A stretch of 64,000 nucleotides of DNA from Schmidtea nova (taxonomy: Eukaryota). Every line of letters begins with the position of its first letter. The stretch's first letter is position 1. The stretch covers positions 220,844,001 through 220,908,000 of the forward strand of contig CM097882.1 in assembly GCA_044892505.1 (NCBI GenBank). The letters run 5' to 3'. The position numbers and the translations under genes were made by a program. Under the pieces are notes generated by a model that worked only from the letters and a program-made list of their open reading frames with translations, was not told the origin of the DNA and searched no databases. Positions 39,228 to 51,835 of this stretch are shown in pieces.

Positions 39228-40262
39228 ATGGCAAATGATAATGCTGTTATGCCTCTCAATAGAGAGATGATTGATTTTGCAAGCTGTCAAAAATTACCGG
39301 TGAATCAGTATGGTGGAGATCCGGTTGAGTTTGCAGACTTCATGGGAGATTATTATATGTATGCCAAAGCTTATGGATGGTCACAAGCAATAATGGTACA
39401 AAGATTTCCGTTATACTTAAAGGGAGCCGCAAGAGAAGCTTGGCAACAAGTGGACAAAAGGACAGTTGGAAATGATTGGGCAAAATTGAAGGATGCAATG
39501 GCAACGAAATTGGTAGGTTGAGATATCAAAAGGATAATGCGACAGAGATTTTACAACAGAGTTCAAAATCCAACGGAATCGGTAAGTGAGTTTGCATATC
39601 ATCTAAATACTTTAGCAGATAAAGCCTTTGAAGCAAAGCCTGAGCAAGTTGATATGGTGAAGCAGGTTAAAGAACTGCTTCAAGATCAATTCATAACTGG
39701 AGCTCATCCCGAAATAAAGAAGGCATTATGTTATGTAGATTTTGCAAATTTTGATGAACTTGTGAAGAAAGCAATGAAAATTGAACTGAATTTAAAAAGC
39801 ACCAGAAAATCTGAAGCATTCGCAGCAAATGTTGAAAGGAGAGAAAGGTCGATAACACCTGTCAGAAATCAATGGGAATCCAAGAGACCAATCCAAACAA
39901 TCAGTTCTCCCAGATTAGGTACTAAGATAGAAACTAACAAAGCAGCTTTTGGTAGCCAGCTAACCGAGAGATCAAATAGTGTCGTATGCGAGCACTGCAA
40001 AAAAATCGGACATTATTCGAACCAATGTTGGTTCAAATATGGCAGAAATAGTAGTCCTAAAAGAATATTTGTGGAAAACAAACCAAACAATAGCAACTTG
40101 GAATGTTATCGATGTGGGAAAACGGGTCACATTAGCAGAAATTGCTTTTCTAAAAATCGATCACCATCAACATCTCCGTCACCGCAACGAGATAAAGTAA
40201 ATACAAATGGACAAATTCAATGTCATTCATGCAAAGGTTATGGCCACATGGCTCGATCATGC
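39228..40262 (+). CDS. gag: Gag region: capsid-like domain plus three CCHC zinc knuckles
   Basis: RFPLYLKGAAREAW, then CEHCKKIGHYSNQC, CYRCGKTGHISRNC and CHSCKGYGHMARSC. Confidence 0.93.
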
Positions 40263-40789
40263 CCAAAGAATGCAGAAAGATTCAGCAGACCAATACTGAA
40301 GAGATCTATTAGATTTCAGGATGAATCATCCAACGCTAATGTAGCTTATGCTCAAAAGGACGAGTTTAAGGAGAAAATGGAAAATGAATTCCGGGAAATG
40401 AGACAGAAATTAAACAAACTAATGTCAAAATTCGAATCAGATGAGGAAATTGATTCTTGTATGGTGTACGAAAAAGAAACCGATGAAAAAGAAAGTCTTG
40501 GAGATAAAGCGAAAAACGACTTGTCAAACGAAAAAGCTATATTATTGATAAATAAAATAGAAAGATGGTATACGAGGATGGAAACAAATAATCCAAAATT
40601 GAAAGAGTGGATTAGCGAACTATCTCAAATGCAACTCAGCCAAAGAAAGTTGAAAAATATTTTAAATTTATGTTCAAAGTTCTACAATAAATCTCAAGAT
40701 GATGAAATTGCCAAACTGATGAAAATATTTGGAAAAGCTTTGAGATTGACAAAAGGTCTGCCTGATATTTTTGTAGAAACCACCGATGG

Positions 40790-41465
40790 AGATGACGTAA
40801 AATTTCACTTTTCTATTAAACCAGATGGGCAGATAAAAGATTTGAGAAAGCTTATTATGTCAAAATACCAAGGAAATGAAGTACAAATAAAATTTATACA
40901 ACGTCAAATTGGTCAATTAGCGGATGAGGAATTCTTGGTCGATTATGGTCTAATTCCTGGATATAAAAACGAGGTAAAAATTTTAAATGTCATTAATTAT
41001 TCAAATTTAGCTGACAAAAGTTGGAAAAAAAAATTACAGGATTTGCGAGATATGCTATATGTCGGAGATGAAGATGAAATTAATAAATGCCTTGATTATA
41101 TAATGAATTCAGAAATTGATCAAAAATCAAAAGAACAATTATTTGAAAATATTTTACCTTATATTCATAAAACAACAAACTATCAAGTTAAATTGAAGGA
41201 AGTAATACGAATGCTAGGTCATGGTTACCGAGTATCAGATCATACTTCAAAATCCTTAGTAATAGCTCTAAATATGAATGGAAAAGTAGAATACCTACAA
41301 GAGCACTGGAGCATAAAGGTGGCGAAATTACGACGGAAAGCTGCAGAAACATTGGGCACCGATGGAATCATCATACTGATTTTCAAAGGAGTGGAATTAG
41401 ATGATGACGAATATTTTGTCAATTGCGGAGGCAGCCCGAACTATATAAATAATGTCTATGCCACA
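40790..41465 (+). CDS. Two ubiquitin-like domains within the polyprotein
   Basis: IKDLRKLI...LADEEFLVDYGL and VAKLRRKA...LIFKGVELDDDEYF resemble the ubiquitin V..LK..I / LIF.GK.L.D...L.DY.I pattern. Confidence 0.55.
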
Positions 41466-41909
41466 ACACAAATGAATATTTATGAGGATGGAACTCATTG
41501 GCCCTTTATCGTAAAAGAAGATGATAACAATACTGTGATCAAAACTGAATTATCTGAGGAACCGAACGAAAACGAGTGTGAAAATTATAAAAGCAAATTA
41601 ACGGAGGAACCAAGAGAAGCCGAGTGTGACGAGTGCGAATCAAAACAAACAGATTTGAGTGAAGTGCAAAACGAGAATATTAGTAATGAAGCAGATAAAA
41701 TTTGTGCAGTAAATCAAGAGATTAGCAATGTAATTGAAGAGATGTTAATTGCAGAGAGAATGAAATGCGAATCGAATTTTGTAGAAACAGAAGACGGTGG
41801 TCAATCGAACAACCGGAAGCGAAGAAAATACAAGTTAAACAATAAAGAGGAACTAAACGATCTAGATAAAACGGAGTCCAGTGATGTGGAAAAATTAGAC
41901 TTAAATGAT

Positions 41910-42280
41910 GTAAAGCAAACAAAATTAATTCTTAAAGGGTTGGCATCGGAATTATATGCACTGGATGAAAAGAATATATGTAACGATAAATTCATACAAC
42001 AACTTGCCAGAGAACTGAAAGGACGACTTCCTGTAGCACTTAAAAAAATTAGTAAAGAAGACATATTTTGCGACGAAACAGTAATCAAAGAGCTAATTAA
42101 AAACGGTTTGAATAAAGATGTGGTATTATCAGTCCTTGCTTATATTGTTTTCGAAATTGGTATCTACCGTTGGCTGGAATCTGATGAATCGGAAAAGTGG
42201 ATAGAACAAGCAGCAAAAGTGGTAAATACGTATGTGAATAGTTGGATCAAATGTAATGGTGGATGGAAAAATTTGACACC
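41910..42280 (+). CDS. Bcl-2-like domain within the polyprotein
   Basis: VVLSVLAYIVFE (BH1/alpha5-like) and YVNSWIKCNGGWKNL (BH2 WI..NGGW), followed by a hydrophobic segment. Confidence 0.7.
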
Positions 42281-42326
42281 AAAACCAGAAAATTTGGAAA
42301 GGGTGTATGAGCCAAAAAAGGGGAAA

Positions 42327-44190
42327 ATGATAGTTCCATGGGTATCTATGTTTATTATCATAATATTAGGATTTATCAATACTACAACGTCATTGGTAGC
42401 TTATGATTGTTCTCAAACAGAAATGGGAAAAGTATACTCGCTAGTAGATGTAGCTGAATGTCTGGATGCATATCCGAGACATTTAAAATGGGCAAGTGAG
42501 ATGAAATATCATGTTTATCAAGAATCAGGATTTAGACGAGTAAAAGTGAGAGAGTGTACGGCAAAAAGGACCACATTTACATTTTATTGTGGCAAATGGA
42601 GTCATTCGTCGTTAATAAAAATGCATTCAATCCCTAGAGTAATTGAGATAACTCGCGAAAACTGTTTAGCAGCGTTTCAAACAGGAGAATTAAAAATAAA
42701 TGCGGAAATTAAGTTAAAAGCGAAATTGAATCACAAAATTCGCGAAACAATTGCAATAAAAGGGGTGATCAAAGCAAATGGCGATTGCGAAGGTGAATCG
42801 CACAAGGTGGGTGAACAGGTTATTGATAAAGTCGTTGTTATAGAAGAGTACGAATCAGAGTTGAGATATTTTGATGGATCGTTCGATGATGACACGGGAA
42901 AATTACAAACGCATCCATTTTGCAATATGAGAGAAACCAGTTGTAATACAGGTGAATCAATTTTAGTGTACGACGTGAATGTGAAAAAGTGTAACTTAGC
43001 GCATTTAAAATCGATGCCTTTCAAAGAGATAACAGGAGAGCAAATTCAAGAGAGACCAGAAAGTACAATTCTAAATTCAGTGATGAATACAACGATTAGA
43101 ATTACTCCTTTGCGAATGAAGGATACTCCAACGGTATTAATGGCAATATCCCCGAATGATGGGATGAGATTTCTCAGAAAAGGTATAAATACCAAGTGTG
43201 GACAAACAGTATATGAAACAAATTATAAAGGAATTTACGTATCAAAAAGAATTGTCGAGGAAGCTCAAACGAAGTTATATTCAGAGGAAATTAAACTAAC
43301 GAATTATTTCAATAACAAAATTGATTATCTGTTTCATTTTAGCCAAGATACGGTTGAAAGTGTGTATCGAGAAATTATATTAAATGATTGCAAGTTAAAT
43401 AAGGAAATTTTGCGAAACAGAATGGCGATGGCTATTACAAATCCGAATTTAGTTGCTCCAATGCTAATATCAGAGAACGGAGTATTTGCTCGAATTTTTG
43501 GCGAAGCGTTGTATAGCTATAAATGCAAAGCTGTACCTATCAAATTGATGAAATTCGATCAATGTACAAATGAATTGCCAGTGAATTTTAACGGGAAATT
43601 GCGATTCATGGAACCGGTGACACGCATCCTACTGGAAGAGGACGTGAAGCCTAAAGTGTTGCAATGTAATAGATTATTGGCTCCACTGTATCGCTTGACG
43701 TCTGAATCATGGATTGCACTACCCGATCACAGAGGAGTGAAAGTTCCAGAGAAATTGGAGTTAACCAAATTAGAGTATTTGATTAATTTTACATCGCTAG
43801 ATAGTATGACGCAAAGTGGGATGTATTCAAGTGATGATATTGAAGCGGCCCGGAGAAATTTATTATTTCCATCAAAAAAGGAAAGGGTGATTATGGAAAT
43901 GGTGGACACTATTCTCCCGAGTGGAACTGGGAAAGCAAATTACGACTACTTGTTAACACCTGATCATTACAAAAGAGCAACATATAACACGATGAAAAAG
44001 ATATGGGGAAAGTTCATGTTTATTGGTCAAGCGTGTGCTGGATTAATTGGAATCTACGTAATAGGAATCGTGATTAAAGTAATAATCTCGCAGGTGTTGT
44101 CAACACACAGATTGTATACTATTACGGGATTGTCTTGGAAATTAGTCATGGGATGCGTTCCATTGCTAGCCAGATTTTTTATCACACATC
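42327..44190 (+). CDS. env: Internal signal peptide + viral-type class III fusion glycoprotein (chuvirus G / gB-like) + TM
   Basis: MFIIIILGFINTTTSLV-AYDC; YSLVDVAEC; FYCGKWSHSS; DCKLNKEIL..MA.TNP; GEALYSYKC; CTNELPV; C-terminal hydrophobic segments. Confidence 0.8.
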
Positions 44191-44599
44191 ACCAGTATAA
44201 AGAGATGGAAACTTTGAAAACACGACTGATGAAAAAGAAAAAGGTAAGTTATATCGATTTGACTACTACTTCTAACGATGACAAAAATGATGACGAAAAT
44301 ATCAATGAATCCGCCCCGTTATACTCGGAGGAACGAATGCAAAGTAACACATTGAAAAACTATCAACTGCTAAAAGAATCGCTGTCCAATAATGATAATC
44401 AGGATACCTTTTCTAGATTGTGTATACCAAAATCGTTTATCCAACCACTACCAGCATATCCAGTCGAAAAATTGAGGGAAATGAAACCAGTCGAAAATAT
44501 TGCTTTACAATGTGAGAGAATCGAACCAACAAGTGCCGAAATCGAAAGACGAAACCGGTTAGGTTTACCCGGAAATTATGTATTGATGACGTTAGCAAA

Positions 44600-44940
44600 A
44601 ATTGGCAAACAACCACGAATATTAATCCAACTAAATAAAAAGAGAGTGGAGGCTGTGGTGGATTCAGGATCAAGTCATACAATTATATCAGAAGAGATAT
44701 TGTCGGCAAAGGAAAAAAGACAAATAAAACCATCAAATAGCATAATCAGATCACTGTCTAAAAACGTATTGAGAATAATTGGAGAAATAGAAGTGGTACT
44801 TCTAATTGGTGACAGAAAGATTACACATAACGTACAGATTATGGAAAAAAGCCCTGTATTGTGTTTGATTGGAATGGATGTACTGGAGCAGTTAGACGGA
44901 ATTTCACTGGATTTCAAAACTGGAAATTTGATCGTGGGAA
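44600..44940 (+). CDS. Retropepsin aspartic protease
   Basis: AVVDSGSSHTII (DSG at 44661) and CLIGMDVL. Confidence 0.92.
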
Positions 44941-45349
44941 AAAGTGGCGAAGTCATTCATAATTTAGGAGAAGTATTTCTCAGTCAAGCGTTAACCATCC
45001 CACCTCAAACAGAAATAATATATTATGCGAACGCTGCTGGCGTAGACGATGACGAATTTATATTTGAACCGAATCAAACGTTAATAGAAAAATACGAGAC
45101 CCCGATGTGTGACGAAATTGTGAAAGTGGAAAATCAATTATTACCAGTGCGAATAGCTAATTATGGTGACAAGTCAATTCGGCTAAAACCAAAGACGAAA
45201 CTAGGAAAATTGTCTAATATGTTGATAGAAGCGGAAAGGAAGATTCCTAGAAACGTAAAAATTTATAAAGAACCTGAAGTAGTAAGTACTGATTTGACCG
45301 AAGAGCAAAGGCAAAAGTTTACAGAATTGTTGAGGAGATACCGGGATAT

Positions 45350-46650
45350 TTTTGCGAGACACGAATATGACTTGGGGTTAACAAATATAATTGAACATGA
45401 AATTCCGTTGTTGGATGAAACCCCGGTGAAAATAAAACCGTACAGAATACCATATATTCATCAAACCGAAAGTGATCGACAAATTCAAGCAATGAAAGAT
45501 TTTGGAATAATCAGAGATAGCTCATCACCGTTTTCGGCGTCCATTGTAATTGTAAAGAAAAAAGACGGAGATTTACGATTTTGTGTGGATTACAGAAAAC
45601 TGAACCAGGTAACAAGAAAGGATACATATCCAATTCCTGTACCCCAGGAAATGTTCGATCAGATGGGAGAAGCTCAATATTTTACTGTGATTGATTTGAA
45701 TAAAGGGTATAATCAATTTAAAGTCAAGGAAGAGGATAGAAAGAAGACAGCCTTTTCAGATGGCAAAGGGTTATTTGAGTTCAATGTTCTACCGTTCGGT
45801 TTGACGGGAGCCCCGGCTACATTTCAAAGAGGTATGAATTTTGTATCAGGAGGCTTAAAACACGCGTTAGTTTATATTGATGATATTATTATATTTTCAA
45901 ATAGCTTTGATGAACATCTCGATGATGTTGAGGTAGTATTTAAACGACTAAAAGGAGCAAAATTGAAAATAAAACCATCGAAGTGTGAATGGGGAAAGTC
46001 CGAAGTGGTGTATGTTGGTCACATAATATCAAGACGAGGTCTACAAACAAATCCTGACAACATTAAAAAGGTGGAGGTGTATCCAATTCCAAAGAATGCG
46101 GATAATGTGAGGCAATTCTTAGGATTAGCAAGCTATTATAGAAAGTTTATAAAGAATTTCTCGCATATAGCTCAACCGTTAAATTCATTATTGAAGAAGA
46201 ATAACAAGTTCATATGGAACAAAACTCAACAAGAAGCTTTTGACGCACTGAAGCAAAAATTAATAACGACACCTATTTTGCGATGCCCGGATTTTACAAA
46301 ATTGTTCTTATTAATGACGGATGCCAGTAACGTTGCATTGGGCGCAGTGTTGGGTCAGAAAGTAGATGGGGAAAAGGATCACGTGATAGCGTATGCAAGC
46401 AGGTCACTGAGACCACACGAAAAAAATTATTCAACAATTGAAAAAGAAACCTTAGCGTTAGTTTACGGAATCGCTACGTTTAGACAATACTTGCTGGGAC
46501 GGAAATTTATCGTATACACTGATCACAATCCTCTTCAATGGTTGATGAAGCATAGAGATTCAGCTAGTAAATTAATTAGGTGGTCAATAGCTCTTTAAGA
46601 GTATGATTTCGAAATTAAATACAGAGCAGGGAAAGCTAATGCAAATGCCG
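45350..46650 (+). CDS. pol: Reverse transcriptase and RNase H
   Basis: VKKKDGDLRFCVDYRKLN, LPFGLTGAPATFQR and YIDD (45873); TDASNVALGAVL, YSTIEKETLA and TDHNPL. Confidence 0.97.
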
Positions 46651-46949
46651 ATACAATGTCCAGAATTCCCAATGGAGGCAGTGAAAGTGAAGGTAGTACA
46701 GAAACGATTGAAGGCACGATATTTGCCGCAATTAAAGCCGTTAACAATATGATAGAGTTACAAAATGAACAGAAAAAGGACAATCAACTTAAACAGTTTT
46801 TTGAACGAGCAATTACAGTCGAAAAAGAGAGAAATTTAAAGCAAATAATCAATGAAAATCACAAATATATAATTCACGAAGGAATATTAAAATGTGTAAA
46901 AAACGGTGAGATACTAATCGTGATTCCTGAAAAACAGAGAGATTCATTA

Positions 46950-47990
46950 CTAATGCAATATCACGATGGAGCTTTAGGAGGGCACTTATCTGCTAGAAAA
47001 ACTTTATCGAGACTAAAACTAAAATATTATTGGCCATTAATGGAGCAAGATGTGAAAGATTGGTGCAAGAAATGTAAAATATGTATTACAAGGAGAAATA
47101 CAGGAAATAAAATTAAAGTACGTTTAAAACCAATGCCTGTACCAACTACACCAATGGAGATGACTGCAATGGACATTGTGGGACCATTACCTGAAACAAT
47201 AAAAGGAAATAAATGTATCGTAGTATTCTGTGATTATTTGACGAGATGGCCGGAAGCTTACGCCATACCAAATCAAAAGGCCGATACGGTAGCCAAAATA
47301 TTCGTAGAGAATATTGTCTTTAGATATGGCACTCCAAAAAAATTACTAACTGATCAGGGCTCAAACTTTCAAAGCGAATAATTTAAATCAGTTACTGAGT
47401 TATTTGGAATCTGGAAGCTGAACACTTCTCCTTATCATCCACAAACCGATGGCTTAGTTGAGAGATTTAACGGTACATTGATAAATATGATTTCTTCGTA
47501 TGTTAATAGTAAGCAAAGGGATTGGGATGAATATATAAAGCCTTGCTTGTTTGCTTACCGAAATGCAATAAACCCAAGCACGGGTGAGACACCTTTTTAT
47601 TTGATGTATTTAAGAAGAAATAATATGCCGATAGATTTAAACTTCCAATTGCCGGTAACACAATATATGGAAATACCAGACTATAAAGCATTAATGCAAG
47701 AAAGAGTGCAGTCTGTGTGGGCAAAAGCTGGTTTAACGGTAAAACACAATCAAGAAAAGTATAAAGAAGCCTATGATAAAAAGGCACATCCACATGGAAT
47801 CAAAATTGGAGACTTGGTATATCTCAATAGACCTGAACCGCTCAAAGGAATGTCACCAAAATTACAGACACCGTTTAAAGGGCCATATAAAGTATGTGAC
47901 ACAACTGAAACAAATTTGAAACTACTACCATTCAGGAGTAAAAAAGCTAATCCTATAATAGTTCATGCAAATCGATGCAAATTAATGCCA
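46950..47990 (+). CDS. Integrase (HHCC, DDE, GPY)
   Basis: HDGALGGH...CKKC; MDIVGP; TDQGSNF; PYHPQTDGLVERFN; FKGPYKV. Confidence 0.95.
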
Positions 47991-48109
47991 GAAGACGATG
48001 AAACAAGATATCCACTTCGATCAAAACAAAACAAAGAAAAAGTGGATGCCATAGTTCAACAAAAATTTACCAAAAACCCAGTCCCAATCAGTTACATTAC
48101 AAAAATGTT

Positions 48110-49220
48110 GTTTATAATGATTGCTCTGTTAACACTGACAAGTGTTAAGGGTGGGAAGGTCGATTTACCGTATGCAGTGACAAAAATACCCTTATGGGAA
48201 AAGATCAATATATACTCTACGTATACGAATATTGTCTGGATCTATCATTGTGAGGTATCGGAACAGATAGAAATTAACAACCTCTTAGATCCATTCACGC
48301 CGGTCAGTATTCTTAATTACGATAGAAATATGTATGTGGCACAAGAATTAAAGGCGAACTTCAAGTATCCGTGGTTTATAAAACAAAATGAGACAAATTC
48401 GTCGGTAAAGTTTGATAGTCAAATTCGAGTCATAATACAAACAAAAGAATTACGACATACAGTCGAAATAGAGCCGGTATTAAATGGAGTAAATGTGTAT
48501 TGGATAGCAAGTGAACGGGTGAAAGCACAAGTGATATTTCAAAACTTTGTTGATACATTAAATACACGTAAATCGTATTCTCGATATTATAACCTAAAAA
48601 TGAATGCCAATTATACCATATTAACAAACTATTATGAAAATATGCTATACGATAACGGGACAATAATGAGCAATAGATGGGCATTGTTTAAAACCGAAAA
48701 GCAGAGTATTTACCTAAGAAATGTATCGAATATGGTGATTTTCAAAGTGCAGAATGAAGCGATAGTAATATACAGAAAATCAATGATCAATGAAAGAGTA
48801 ATTATTAGTGAGAGTCAAAGAATTATCGTTTTGTTGGATGTGGGTAAAAGTTACTTTTTATTTAATACTTCTAATGTAGGAGATAATTACCTGATAAAAA
48901 TCAAATACCAGCGGTGGATGGACAAACCATATCGTTGGCAAACAGTTTTGGTAGAAACAAAACTGATCAAAAGGCCAGAGTTGATCCTAACAGCCACACA
49001 TCAAACACAGATGATAGTAGCAACCACGGGCCCACCCCTGAATCGAAATAAATTTAATCGAACTCAAATGAGCAAGCTAGTTTTAAAAGAAACGAACCAA
49101 ACATTAATCATCTGTGAATACTTACTCTATCTTATGATAACAGCATTTTTCATATTATCCATAGTGTTTCTAATAATAACAATCGTATTATGTAAAAGGA
49201 CACCTAACTATGATCATTGA
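48110..49220 (+). CDS. Integrase-fused membrane protein: signal-like segment, beta-rich FN3-like repeats, TM
   Basis: MLFIMIALLTLTSVKG; VNVYW..Y.LKMNANYTI..FKT; TM YLLYLMITAFFILSIVFLIITIVLC. Confidence 0.6.
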
Positions 49221-49428
49221 CAATGAGTTTATATTGCATGCATGTATATATATAAAAAAAATATATATGTATATAATTATTGATAATCTGTATGGTTAAA
49301 AGTAAATTAGAAATGTGTGACCTGAATGAAAAATATTTTGGTTGATCGAGTGTTGCTGAGGAGGGTCTGTCCTTGTGCGATGGAAGGAGAGATGTATTTA
49401 AAGTATTAATTATCTTTAACTTTAGGAA

Positions 49429-49672
49429 ATGCAGGAAGAAGAATCACTAAAAGAATGCCTTAACACCATGAAAGAGATGAGAAAAAAAAATGAAGGCAAT
49501 GGAGAAACGAATTTTCGATCTGGAACAAGAGAATTTGGTGGTCAAAAGACGATTTGAAAAAATGGAAATTCTTCTCTTCAGATATGAAGCCGAAGTGGTT
49601 CTATGGCGAATGAAACTACAGGAGCAGGAAGACGAAACTATGGAGGAGGGAGAAATGAATAACTTGGACTAA
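49429..49672 (+). pseudogene. Small coiled-coil accessory ORF with a slip in an A-run
   Basis: tttag|gaaATG QEEESLKECLNTMKEMRKK / MKAMEKRIFDLEQENL. Confidence 0.4.
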
Positions 49673-50751
49673 AACTGTGAGAATTAATAAAAATATTAAG
49701 AAATAACCTTTTTTTTAAATTTTCGTCCTTGAAATAGTAATGGTGAAAACTAAAACTAAAAATAAGGCAAATTTATTATAAATAACACCATAAATAAGAA
49801 TTAGGTGAATCAAAGTCAATCATCGTCGTCCAAAATAATAAAACTTTGGACGACTAAGTCATCCCGAACCCCGTGGGGAGGGTCATTTTCAAAGCGGAGA
49901 GTTTTTGCAAAGCCTTCCATAACCCCAAAGGTCCTTTTGAGGCCCCGACGTCGCGGAAGGGCGACCGGTAACCAAACTAATGCTTCGGACTTAGGAGCCT
50001 AAAATAACGAATATTAAAAAAATTTCAATTGCTTAGGGATATATGTAGTACAAGTTATATAATAATAATAAAACAGTAATAATGATTATGATAATAATAG
50101 TAATAATATAATAATGTATATATATAGTAATAACGTAAATAATATAAAATATGATAAAATAAATAATAATATAATAAATAAGAACTATAATAACAAAACT
50201 TACCTTCATTTTTTTGGGAATTTGAGAAAAAATGAAAATGAGATAAAAATATCTCTTTATATAGAATAATAATTAAAGAGTTATCTAAAATGATAACTTT
50301 AGTAAATAAATAATTAAATTTTTCGATTTTGGAATCGAATAATTTTTTTTCATTTTAATTTATTTAGAACTGAATGAAAAAAAATTTTAAATGTAAAAAT
50401 TCGTATAAAATAAATAATAAATAAAAATAATCAAATAAAATATGATAAAATTAAATGGTAAATTTATTATATTTAAAACAAAAAATTATTTTAATAATTA
50501 AATTTAGAAATAAATCAAAAAAATAGTAACAAATATAGAAAATACTTAATTGAAATTCAGCTAGGATCTTAATCTCTGAAACACGGTATATTCGAATATG
50601 TAAAATAAAATAATAATAATAATAAAATTATAAAATTATGTAAATGTGAAAATATATTTATATAGATATGTGTGTGTGTGTAAGTATATGTATATATAAA
50701 TAAGTACAAAATAACTTTCAAAACATCTGTTTCGAGGACGAAATTTTTTTT

Positions 50752-50761
50752 AAAGGGGAGA
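50752..50761 (+). promoter_or_regulatory. Polypurine tract
   Basis: AAAGGGGAGA, 2 nt before the 3' LTR. Confidence 0.85.
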
Positions 50762-50763
50762 TA

Positions 50764-51835
50764 TGTTGAGGTTGTTAAATTAAAATTATCGTAAATTAAA
50801 TTAGAATTATTTTGAATCAAAAGAAAATTGAAGTGAAACGAAAGAGAATCGAAATCGAAGCTGGAAAACGGAATAGGTGTAGATCAGGGATTGGCGAAGA
50901 AGATAGTGAGCAAGAAATTGTCAGAAAAGGTCTTGAAAGGGTTGAAAATAGGTAAAAAAAGGTTAAAACAGAAATCATTAATTAATTAATTAATTGGCTA
51001 ATGGAAAACCCGGGCTAATGGAAAACCCGGGCTAATGGGAAGTCCGAGCCAATGGAGAACCCGAGAGATGAAGAAACCTCGAGCACGGGTATTAGGGAAA
51101 ATAAAAAAACTGAACGTTGGAGAACGATTATCAAAACAAACAAAACGACTTTTGGAGAGACATTATTTGAACAACCGAGCGCGGCAATCGAGAAAAATAA
51201 ACAGTTTAACTTTTAGAGAACCATTATGGAATCAACAGGATAAGTGAGGGTAAATAAAAAAAAAAGATCGGAAATAACATGAAGGAACGGTAGAAGTGAT
51301 TAATTACAGTTATTTTATCATAATATCAAAGGAAACCGCTGGTAATCAAAATGATTATTGGAGTATATAAGGAGACTCCAAATTCAGAAAAGGCGGCGTT
51401 AGCCTTAGGTAGGGAAGAAGAAATCGACAATAGGTTTTGGAGATTGTGAGAAGAAGTGAAATTGGGAGAAGTGGAAAATTAAGGAATCAAAGAAGTCAGA
51501 TAAAGAAAATTAAAGGATATCAAAAGTGAATCAAAGAGTTGAGTGAATTAAATTCAAAATAGTCAAACACATCGAATCAAAGGCAAGGAGTCGAATAAAG
51601 GAATTAAAAGGTGATATTTACTTTCAGATCGCACAGGGTCGAGACTTCCGAGGCGAGGCTTGATCGAGTAGATAAAAAGTTTGATTATTAATTTATTGTT
51701 GTGAAATTGGTTGTGATTGAGAAGTGTAAAGTGTGATAACAAATATACGTTGGGAAATCGGAGTTTATTGATTTGTCTGAACACGAGGAGTCAGAGTAAC
51801 CAACGATCAATCTTTTGTTATTAGAAAACCCAACA
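50764..51835 (+). repeat. 3' LTR (1072 bp)
   Basis: Copy of 37957-39009. Confidence 0.97.

Larger units (their letters stand above)
39228..49220 (+). pseudogene. Single-frame ~3,330-codon polyprotein Gag-UBL-Bcl2-Env-PR-RT-RH-IN-FN3/TM with three in-frame stops (39519, 46596, 47379)
   Basis: The listed ORFs starting at 39189, 39537, 46656 and 47478 are all in one frame, and motifs run through the stops (WSIAL*EYDFEIKY; FQSE*FKSV). Confidence 0.9.
37957..51835 (+). mobile_element. Complete young Ty3/Gypsy LTR retroelement (13,879 bp) with a glycoprotein inside the polyprotein
   Basis: Paired LTRs, 4-bp TSD CTTT (37953-37956 and 51836-51839), PBS, PPT, and all gag/pol motifs. Confidence 0.97.
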
